64,000 nt of DNA from Octopus sinensis. Lineage: Eukaryota. Location: contig NC_043010.1 of the NCBI RefSeq assembly GCF_006345805.1, positions 23,250,001 to 23,314,000 of the forward strand, given 5' to 3'. The position numbers were made by a program, and so were the translations under genes. Positions 53,746 to 64,000 of the stretch are shown here, one piece after another. Every line of letters begins with the position of its first letter. The stretch's first letter is position 1. The notes under the pieces are model-generated. The model worked only from the letters and a program-made list of their open reading frames with translations, did not search any database and was not told the DNA's origin.

Positions 53746-53765
53746 TAAATTAGACATTGTGTGTA

Positions 53766-53825
<60 letters not shown>

Positions 53826-55000
53826 CGTGCGGGCGTGTCTCGGGCCTCAGACAAGGTTTTCTATGCATCTGTGCACGCATACGCAAACTCTGCTCACCTA
53901 GCTAGCCTGTTTGGGACCAGTGTCACCGTATAATTTCTTTAATTGCGCTCAGAGTGTCTTACAGTTTCCCGTCTAACACCTAATTTAGCAATTTAGGCCC
54001 AGCTTTACGTATTTCTTGAAGAGACCGCTCCCTTAGACAGAGGCGCACAGCATAGCCGAGAAACAATCAGATTCTAGTGAGGCTAGAAGCAATACTGAGC
54101 AGATACTAATCGCTGTTTCTCCGAGGAAATGCGTACATCTTCCGAAAGAACTGTACCATATATTAATATATTTTTAAGAATGCGTTTGCTAGGGTTTGGC
54201 ATGGTGCTCGTGGGCCGCAATGAAGCATTTCAATATCGAATCAAAGCTGATTCGTATTATCCAATTGCACTACTTTATCGACCCCCGAAGGATGAATGCA
54301 AATTCGCCACTCACCGAATCTCAACTGAAAACGTAAAGACGGACGAAATGCCTCTGAGCATTTCACTCCACATGCACAGGATTTTGCCAGTTCACCGCCT
54401 TTGCGTGTTTTTACACTACCATGTAACTGCCACCCTGGGACCATCTGCCCTCAACAAACCTGTTGAAGAATAATGTAATTTATAAATGCACCGCCCTCAA
54501 CACATTACACAATTCTACAACCATGTATATATATAAAGGATCAACTATAGATTTTAAACAGCGATACGCTGCGCATTTCAATACTCGCCAGTCACATATA
54601 TCAGCTCAAAAATAGAAATATACCAGAGTCAACGCTCAGCCTGTAAGTTATGCCTAAAAGAAGCATTCCTCTGCAAGGTCACCATAAAACAGCTGTTTCG
54701 ACATGCTTTCATCCGCCATTCGAACAATATTGCAACACCATCTCATTTCATTCCTCAAAATCATAGCTTTAATTCAGGTGATGCCTGCAGATGCAAGGAT
54801 ATCGGCGTTTGGAGTAAAAGAATTCTATCTAATGTTTAAAATATGATGAAGGTATTTTTGGTGGAATTGTTCTAACAATTTAAAATACCTTTTATAACGA
54901 GTTCATGTTTCACAAGAATACAACAGGGATGGTAAGACAGCCATGTGCGATTTGTTTCCACAAAGGAAAAATAAAGAAAATATAATTGTTACTAAATGCG

Positions 55001-55442
55001 ACTAAGGGCGTAAAGACTCCTATACTGCTAAAAATAAGAGCTAAGATGTTCTAATGCTCTAGTAAAAGTACATAATTGTACACGTCTAAATTGTAATCGT
55101 CTAAAAATACCGATTCAGTTAATGGTAACACATTATGCATGGCTGTTTATATTAATTTTTGTATACACATTAGCGAATTACTAAATCATCACTAAATTTT
55201 TATGGAAAATACATATATGCTGACGGTCGATTAAGCCCAGAAATAGTCGAATGAGTGGTCGTCACTAACGAGGCTACGAAAATATCCGAAACTGAAGTTC
55301 AGTATTTGGAATTCTCGAATCGGTGTTTTGGGGGCGATTACAGCCTCGTGAGCATATATGTATATAATTATGTGTTTCTACTACAGCATTAGAGCATTCT
55401 AGCTCTTATTTCTAGCAGTGCACTTGTCTTGACACCCTTAGT
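55001..55442. mobile_element. MITE with ~83-bp TIRs, PIF/Harbinger-like ends (TAA GGG...CCC TTA)
   Basis: ACTAAGGGCG...ACTGCTAAAAATAAGAGCTA / TAGCTCTTATTTCTAGCAGT...CACCCTTAGT. Confidence 0.75.
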
Positions 55443-55451
55443 TGTGTATAT

Positions 55452-55499
<48 letters not shown>

Positions 55500-55779
55500 T
55501 GTGTGTGTATGTGTGCATGTATGTATGTATAAATCAGATGTGCAAGGATATATCACGTGTATGTATCAGTGAGAACCTCTTTCAGCCCACATCACAATGG
55601 CGCCGTTAAAAGCCCCACCATTAAAGAAGTTGTTGGTCATATTTAGTAGAACTCATGAAAAGTGTGAACAAAAATAAAAAGAGAAGAAAGATAAAAATGT
55701 GCTGAGTTTGAATAGCCACAGTCCATTTGTGTAATGACAGACCAATATTCACGAGACGAGTTCTAATGTGATCGATTAG

Positions 55780-57050
55780 TATGTGATGTACTATCGAATG
55801 AATCATTTTTAAAATGATGACCTATTTCAAAATGGCCGCTACCAATACTTCTTCGATCAGCAATACTAATTTTATTGCTGATGTTTTCTTGAATAGTATT
55901 AGTGTTTTGCTGGGGTAATTCGCTTTGTCGATATTCCAGCCGATATGAATCCGTTATTTATTGCATTTCTAAATATCATTATATATCGTTTCAAGCAAAT
56001 TTGTTAAAATATACCGAGAACTGGGTCAGTAATTACAGAGCCATATGAAAAATTGCCATGTTGATCTCTTAAATGTCATTGATTATATGGCGAAATATCT
56101 GAATTCATAGTCGACAGAACACTTCTAACATAGCGTAACATAGTGCACCAAATAACGACTTCAGATGAAACTTGTAATTCACTAGATATAAAATAAGCTG
56201 GCAAACCTTCATCATAAAAGACAAAGACCAAATAAAAAAACAAAGCAAACGAAAAAACACGACATTTTGCTTGACTCCAATTTCTGTATCGCAACACAAA
56301 TAACATAATATAAATATTTTTCCGTATAAGGTAACTAGTTTATTTCTATTATCTATTTTCTGCGCTTAACTGCTTGGAGTGAAGCACACGGTAGTAGAAA
56401 AGAAAAGAAGCAAACATACTACTCCACACATACAACATACTGTTGCAGTTCTGATCATTCGAACAGGCCGCTTCGTTATTCAGCCATATCAATTTTGGCA
56501 TCGGGTTATACTATATGCAAAGACCTTAACAATGACTAATTCGATGTTTGTCACTTTATGCAAATTATCTACGCCATAAATATGTTCTATTCTTTTCGTA
56601 TTTGAGTATGGCGCTTGGCTACTGGAGATAGGGTGTAACAGATTCCATGCTGACGACACCTATTTAGGAAGAAACACGTGCAATGCGATTTTCGTTTTAT
56701 TTCCAAAGTATAAGCTTTACGTTGAATGGCGTTTTGACATTGAAGAATTTTTTTTCGTGAAATTAGCTCCCCCTTCTCACAACTCATATAGATCTTGTCT
56801 CAATTACTATTTTGTAATTATAATAGAGATGGCGATGATTTTAATAAATCAAGAATCGATGATTTATGATATTTGATATACCTGTATTTGCCTATGTTGT
56901 TCATTAACATGTCACTGTCGATGCTGAACTAATTCTCTTGTCTAAATTTTGCTTTTTCTGCTAAATAGAATCGAAACCTGTTCTTCTTAAATTCCTGTTG
57001 AGCACCCCCTGACAAGAAATATCGTCCTTTTTAAGGTCAAATAATAGCTT
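55780..57050 (-). pseudogene. Highly decayed pogo/Tigger-like DDE transposase
   Basis: Peptides in shifting frames but in the expected order: FYLAEK..., KQNVVFFRL / LPAY..SSELQ / KSLFGAL (cf. LP.HtsH.LQPlD...FgpLK), NAINNGFISAGI (cf. I.nGF...GI). Confidence 0.5.
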
Positions 57051-57152
57051 TTGGAATGTGAGGTTCTTTTTCACAGCCTTCAACTTTTAGCTCCTGCATG
57101 TAATGACGTTTCCACGGACGAAAATTCAATTCTTTATGCAACACCGTACGTG

Positions 57153-57341
57153 TTGGAGTAAAGATTATTTGCCAACATAACATGGCATGCCAGGTTTAGG
57201 ACGAATGTTGCTGTAATTTAGCCCCAGGAAACATTATCTCCAGCTGGCTATAGGGCACGATGTCTCTTGGGACTAAATTACAGCAACATTCATCCTAAAC
57301 TAGGACCGCCATGTTATGCTGGCAAATAATCTTTACTTCAA
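57153..57341. repeat. Imperfect inverted repeat (~80-bp arms), MITE/foldback-like
   Basis: AGTAAAGATTATTTGCCA...TGTTGCTGTAATTTAG / CTAAATTACAGCAACA...TGGCAAATAATCTTTACT. Confidence 0.85.
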
Positions 57342-57414
57342 AGTACTGTTGCTGAATATCTTTCGTTTTGAGATTTACAAATAGTAATTTACCGTATGTA
57401 TTGTTTGTCCATCT

Positions 57415-57803
57415 TCTCGTGTTGATTTTTGCAGGCTGCAAATAAACATTTCCTGCACTATTGCCACGTTCTCAGCTGATCGGGATGTGGTTGGACGGCC
57501 ACTTCTTCTTGCACCGTTCACAGAGCCCGTGGTCATCAGCTTTGCATGACAGCTTTCTATTGTCTCCGGACGTTGTGTTGTATGCTTAGCTTTCCTTGCA
57601 CGCCACTATCTCTGAACCAAAACAATGGAATTCCACACTTTATAGCGTGCTGCTATCTTAGCTCACTCCTGAACAGTCAAGCGACCGGCCATCTGGAAAA
57701 TAAGAAATAAGAAATCTCCATTAGTGTTGTCTATTCAAAAAATGTTTTCATCGTGACTTCAGTGATAGTAAATATTCAATAAATAATTTACTTTCCATCC
57801 ACC

Positions 57804-57806
<3 letters not shown>
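57415..57806 (-). pseudogene. Tc1/mariner (maT/DD37D-like) transposon 5' end: TIR and N-terminal HTH region with stops
   Basis: TA|CAGGGTGG terminus at 57806. ATG at 57692: MAGRLTVQE*AKIAARY..SIVLVQR*W...KLMTTGSV...RSGRPTTSRSAENV...KSTR. Confidence 0.85.
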
Positions 57807-57839
<33 letters not shown>

Positions 57840-58084
57840 CACCACCACCACATACCATCATCTACACACCCACAGATAATCTTCAGTAGCGTCCCCAAAC
57901 ATACCTCTATATGAGCAGCCATACGTCACCGATACACACACACACACACACTTACACGCGTGAAAGTCACTAGCTCTTACACATCCTCACACACCATTCT
58001 CACATACACATACGCACGCGGACCTTCATTTGGAATCACTAGCATTTTATTATCTCCCTTTCTTTCAACCTATTCTTTCAAAAT

Positions 58085-58468
58085 CTTTTTTGTAATCATT
58101 CGCCATGCTTGATCGCTAAATCTACAGTTATTTTCATTCTTTCTCTGTTAATTTTCTCTTCTTCCTTTCTGTTGAAGAGCGTAGACTCGAAACGTAAAAG
58201 AGTTTTTCATTTTCCCGAGCGTCAAACTAATACACCTGCTTGTTGTCCACAGGCCTCTCTTCGCCTTTTGTTTTTCTATAAATTTCAGCTGTCCTGTTTT
58301 TGTTCTTAACTTTGACCCTCTATAAAAGGGTCGTTGATGAAGAGTCGTTCTTTGTGTTACTTGTCTTGTTCTCCATTTTCTCTCTCATTGTTTGCGTATT
58401 TTACTCATTTGTTTTCGTATTTCATGTTGTTTATTGTTCGTGACGACCTGTGCCCATATATGCATATA
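58085..58468 (+). mobile_element. Dispersed non-coding repeat with minimal non-canonical hammerhead-like motif (58165-58200)
   Basis: CUUU-CUGUUGA-a-GAG-cguaga-CUC-GAAACGUA-AAAG. Homologous to 1-240. Confidence 0.65.
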
Positions 58469-58862
58469 TCTATATGCATAAATGTGTAATGGTGTCTGTC
58501 TGTGTGTGTGTTTGGGGTTACGCTAACTTCCCCCACACCGTCCAACCGATTTTAATGATATTTGGCACATAGGTAGATCACATAGCCTGAAGTTCAAATA
58601 AGGCCGGAATTTTTTGAAAACTCGATAATGCTTAGTTGGCATCGATTTCTATGAGCTCAAACGGGCGATTGAATGGAAACTCCCAAAACGATATTATTTT
58701 TCCTGCGGCCTTTACTTTTTTTCACGTAAAATTTCAACAAAATCGATAGGATACTCTATGGTTAATAGTTGGCACGGGGAAAGTAGAAGATTTCATTACA
58801 ATATCAGAGGTGGGCTTAACTTCAATACGGAAAACATGAGCAACGCCGAGTCCAACAGCTAG
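58469..58862 (+). mobile_element. Non-autonomous Helitron-like element
   Basis: 5' TC, internal GTCTGTCTG and ACCGATTTTAATGATATTTGGCACA, 3' GAGCAACGCCGAG...AGCTAG terminus. Confidence 0.7.
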
Positions 58863-59334
58863 AACATACATTCAGAGAATATATTACAAATCTATACAGT
58901 CTCATATATGCATATGTATATATATATATATATATACTCTTATTGACTCAATATTTCTTTTCCTTCTCTTAGAAAAGAAGTCTTGTAATTAATATGGAAC
59001 AAGTTCTTATTGGTTGGAACTAGACACATAAAGGATGCAGGTTTACACGGAGGCTTAGCAGTAAGTGATTTCCTTATATTTCGTATCTCTTCAAGAATAA
59101 CTCACAAATTGAGACATTCTTCGAGTCTCTCACATTGTTACAATATCTCCTACACTAAAAAATATTACACCGCTAAATATTTTAACATATTTTCAGGAAT
59201 TTCAGACAGTATATGTATGTGTGTACGCGTGTATGTGTCTGTATGCGTTCGAATAGTATATACATACTCGCATACTTATATTTACATATAGATATATGTA
59301 TATATGAATATATATATTCGTACACACACACACA

Positions 59335-59370
<36 letters not shown>

Positions 59371-59505
59371 TGTATGTATGTATGTATGTATGTATGTATG
59401 TATGCATATCTATATATCTATATATTTGCATGAATATATATATATGTGAATATATATACAAATATATATGTATATCTATATATTTATATGTCTGTATGAA
59501 TATAC

Positions 59506-59574
<69 letters not shown>

Positions 59575-60844
59575 CATACATACATGAATACATACATGCA
59601 TACATGCATACATACACACACAAACACTGATGACGATGTCTGATGTGACACACCTATGCCAAAACTACGATATTTATTTGTTTTTTCTTTTTTTTTGTTT
59701 TTATTAATTTATGTAGCAGTTTAGAGCATACCATACTTTGAAGAAATTATTCATACCAACCAATACTTGATGACATTCCCAGGAAGTGAAGGTAGATAAA
59801 TTAAAATATGTCTGCTATACTGAAAAACGCTTGTAAAAATTTCTGTATGTTAGCGTCTCTGAAAGACTAGAAAGTGAGAATATTTTCGCCATTATCTCCT
59901 CACTGTCAGCTTTAATTATTTCTTTTCACATTATTTCTTAAACATGTTATATACTTATCTCCATAAATTTTTCCTTGTATTCTTCCTTATTCCTTTCATT
60001 CCACATTTCTATGTTTTCTTCTTCGTTTGTTTGTTTTATTTCACGACTTCCTGCCATCTTCGTTTCAGTAGTGAAGAAGATACGATATCTTTGATCGCAT
60101 AACTTAAAACTTATCTTACATAAAATTCATTGCCTTACAGCATTTTCCTGTCAAACTCTATATTTTTGATCTGCTAGAGTAGTTCCTTGTTTATTGGTTT
60201 TCGCTATTAACAATTCGCTACTGGTATTCTATAAAACACTAACAAAATATTATTTTATATGGATGAAAAAAATATTCTCAAAGGGGTTGTAACAAGGAAA
60301 TACCGTCATCTTTTTCGAGATAGTCGTTCTAAATATTTGATGTCAGATAACAGCGTTCACGTTGGTCTGTTTGACGGATTTGTCTGTTTGCCTGTCATTT
60401 GTCTCTTTTTTTAAAAATAAATAAATGAAAATGAATAAATAATAAATAAATAAATAATAATATCTGCGTGCAGTATTTCTATGGAGACTGCTGCCGCTGT
60501 GTTGTATGACGTTGTAACTAGTCGCTATTGATTGTAAAAGGGAAAACAAACAAGTTCTTAGTTATTCAATTATGTATGACTTGCAAGAATCGTTGTAGAG
60601 CGTGGTGAAAAATCCATTAATTCATTTAAAAACAAATATCTCGTCTTCAAATTTAGATACCGAAAGATGTGCAAGAGGAGTTAATATCTCAGTACGTCAA
60701 CATCACAATTCGGTTTCAATCTCCAATAATTGAAAGCTCCTTAATTTTTATTTCTTCGAGTAATGTATTTCGGAATTGCATGAACGTCACTCAATCTATG
60801 CTAACTGTTGTCATATCGAATTACAAAAATAAAAATTATAAAGG

Positions 60845-61046
60845 GGAGTATTGTAGTTCGCTTGAAGCATTGTGCATTGTTTGTAAAGAGTAAAATATTT
60901 TGAATGACACTACAATGCACTATAATACAAACAATGGACTATAATAACTGTTGTAATTTAATCATCCATAGTCTGATATGATATATCGGAATAAAATCCC
61001 TTCTTCAGATATCCCTAGGAATTGATGGAGTCACTGCTATAATCGC
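60845..61046. repeat. Dispersed repeat, homologous to 493-682
   Basis: Same shared blocks as 493-682. Confidence 0.75.
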
Positions 61047-61637
61047 CGTGCTTGTGTGGTTGGGGTTTAAATTCAAGCTACCCTAAGTTTCATGCTTCTG
61101 ATAATATAATTGTCGGACGAGCTTGTAAAGCGTGCCGCGTAGTATCAAGCCACCATTCAAGTTCAAAGTACAACATATGCATCATATTGTATTATATAAT
61201 ATTATATTATGTTATATTATATTCCACTTTTGCCTCTCATAATTATATTACGTTGCGTCGATTTCGCGAATTAAGAATTCGTGCAATGTTTAACCTATTC
61301 AAGAGTATTAACGTCTTTCTTCCCATCGACTGTTGCAATGATTTAAGGATATGTTTTCGCTGCATTACTTGTTTAATTGTTCGAATAAAATTGTATTATT
61401 TCAAGCAAGCATTACGTGAAACAGATACGCGTGTGTGTCTGTGTCTGTGTGTGACTGTGTATGAGTGTGTCTTTGTGTTTGTGTGTATTCGTGTGTGTGT
61501 ATATGTGCTTGCGCATCTGTGTGTCTCGTCGATTGCTAATCAGTCTTAATATTTGTGCTAAACTACCAATCATAATATAAAAATAGCAATAATCCATGAG
61601 AAACTTACACACACGAACAAGCACGCACACACACACA

Positions 61638-61681
<44 letters not shown>

Positions 61682-62429
61682 ACACACATACATATACACG
61701 CACGCACACATACACTCATGCACATACACAGATGTCACTTGAGATTGTCGATGAACAGACTGACGGAATGAGATTTAGTGAACCGAGATAATCCGACAGA
61801 GATAAATCGCCTTCAATCCCACATCTCAGCCTATTCGGCTGCCTAAGATTTGACACCAGCCAAGCGAAGGTAAACAACACGGCACGGCAGATTAGAGAAC
61901 ATATTATCACAACAGAGTCTAAGCATGTGTGTGTGTGTGTGTGTGTGTGTGTAACACATGGCATAACATAGCAACATCGCATTACACCACACACGTGAAG
62001 GAGTTGTCTATGTGGTCCATTCATTCACTAGAAATAGCAGTTAAAATTCCTTCAAATCTCATTCTAGTGTCTTGGAAAGACAAAAAAATGGAAAGGTGTG
62101 CAGTAAATATTGTTGTCCTAGATACACACTTTCTGAGGGGAAAATGAAGAAAATAAAGACGAGGATGGCTGGAACGTCGTTGATTCTTGGTCAGTTTGTT
62201 TAAAAGTCAGTTTATTTATTAGGTGCAAAATCTACAATTAGAAAAAAAAGGAGACATTTTTTAACAAAGTCAAGCTAGATAAGAAAAAAGTTGGGATGGT
62301 CATAATTGGGACACCTTTGATTAAAAGTATACTCAATTAGGAGTAACAACAACGAAACACCATCACACTGTATCGGACCATTCTACACACAACAGACCGT
62401 ACAAGACCATGAGCAACAAGCTGTACTAC

Positions 62430-62866
62430 AGGCGCAGGCGCGGCTGCCTGCTAGGAAGCATACTTCCTAATCGCATGGTTCTGGATTCAGTTCCACTGCG
62501 TGGCACCTTGGGCAAGTGTCCTCTACTATAACTCCGGGGAGATCAAAGCCTTGTAAATGGATTTGGTAGACAGAAAAGGATAAACAGAAAGGGAACGTAG
62601 TCCGTCTTTTATATGTATGTGTGTGTGTGCTCTTTGATCTTTTACTTGCTTCAGTCATGTGACTGTGGCCATGCTGGAGCACCGCCTTTAGTCGAGCACA
62701 TCGACACCAGGACTTATTCTTTGTAAGCCTAGTTCTTATTCTATCGGTCTCTTTTGCCGAACCGCTAAGTTACGAGGACGTAAACACACCTGCGTCGGTT
62801 GTCAAGCGATGTTGGGGGGACAAACACAGACACACACACACGCGCACGCACACACACAGACACACG

Positions 62867-62903
<37 letters not shown>

Positions 62904-63330
62904 CATATTACGACGCGCTTCTTTCAGTTTCCGTCTACCAAATCCACTCACAAGGCTTTGGTCGGCCTGAGGCTATAGTAGAATACACTTGCCCAAGATG
63001 CTACGCAGTGGGACTGAATCCGAAACCATGTGGTTCATAAGCAAGCTACTTACCACACAGCCACTCCTACGCCTATATATATATATATATATATTGTGTG
63101 TGTGTGTGTGTGTGTGTGCGTGCGTATGTCTTTATGTCTGTTTGTTCCCTATCACTGCTTGACGACCAGTGTTCGTGTATTGACGACCCCGTAAGCTAGC
63201 GGTTCGGCAAAAGAGTGCGGTAGAATAAATACCAGGCTGTACAAAAATGAGTACTATGGTAAATTCCTTCGACAAAAAATTCTTCTAGGCTGTGCCCCAG
63301 CATAGCTGCAGTCTAATGACTGAAACAAGC
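62430..63330. mobile_element. SINE B cluster: head (+, 62430-62590), full copy (-, 62641-63072), tail (+, 63135-63330)
   Basis: Family B head and tail motifs. The arrangement fits a minus-strand copy inserted into the microsatellite of a plus-strand copy. Confidence 0.8.
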
Positions 63331-63605
63331 AAAATATTAAAGATACCATATTCAATCACGCACAACAGATCACAGCAACCATTCATAACACGCCATACCA
63401 TCGCGTCCCTTACGGATAAACAAATTGTTTCTTCCCCGTCGAGAGAAAATAAAAATCGATCGATTCATTCAGTTCAATACTTGATATTGTTGAAATTCCC
63501 AATGAAATGGCTGTAATGAAGCTTTCGTAGGAAATCGAAACGTTACAGTTTGTGTCAGTTGCGTTGATTAAGGCGAATCAGTTGCCAATTTTGTATTGAA
63601 CTTAA

Positions 63606-63703
63606 CATCGCCATCCATGGCATCGCCATCCATGGCATCGCCATCCATGGCATCGCCATCCATGGCATCGCCATCCATGGCATCGCCATCCATGGCATCG
63701 CCA
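63606..63703. repeat. Perfect 15-bp tandem repeat (CATCGCCATCCATGG)x6.5
   Basis: Read directly. Confidence 0.97.
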
Positions 63704-64000
63704 GTGTCCGCCAGCAGGAACTTCAACGGACAAGCTTTGAAATCCATCTTTAATTGCTGTCATTATTTTTCCTGTTGTAACGAAGCTATAAACTTCTGCA
63801 ACCAATCTTCTAATTAGGCTTCAACGAGAGTTCATTTCATAGCGACAACTTCTCACCTGACCTGAAAAGCACGTCCCTGGTATCTACAGAAGTCTGTATG
63901 TATGTCTCTCTCACTCTCTTCTTTCTCCTCTCCTCTCTCTCTTTCTCTCTCTGGGTTGGTGTGTATGTAAGTATGTGTTTGTATGAGTGTTTGTATGGTA

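Noticed and set aside
54688-54710. Minus-strand GAAACAGCTGTT resembling the 3' half of an HHR
   Set aside because: No matching CUGANGA or stem I found at a plausible distance.
56076-56306. Hydrophobic ORF as a GPCR TM6-TM7 segment
   Set aside because: Better explained as part of a frameshifted pogo-like transposase relic; no NPxxY motif.
61740-61920. GC-richer island with an AAG|GTAAAC donor-like site as an exon
   Set aside because: Stops in the plausible frames and no clear acceptor.

Overview
Eukaryotic, very AT-rich, gene-poor window dominated by microsatellites, tRNA-derived SINEs and decayed retroelements. The repeat landscape looks like an octopus (cephalopod) genome, which is an inference. 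No complete host gene is visible, and most ORFs in the track are microsatellite artefacts. Recognisable coding remnants are two R4/Dong-type RLE LINE 3' ends in (AAT)n, two Tx1-type LINEs in tandem, two RTE LINE fragments, three Penelope-like element (PLE) remnants (one with a 2.1-kb open RT + GIY-YIG frame), and decayed mariner/pogo transposases. There are also several MITEs and a non-autonomous Helitron. The main unexplained signal is a set of hammerhead-ribozyme (HHR) motifs read by eye at about 8 loci. Most lie in small non-coding elements in (TA)n, several with a shared 'inverted copy without tail + sense copy with tail' architecture. One locus is a ~534-bp HHR-bearing concatemer (retrozyme/PLE pseudo-LTR-like). 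At another, two Tx1 LINEs are each followed by the same 19-bp sequence that forms the 5' arm of an HHR element, suggesting ribozyme-targeted insertion. Folds and alignments were done manually, not computed, and SINE/MITE boundaries are approximate.
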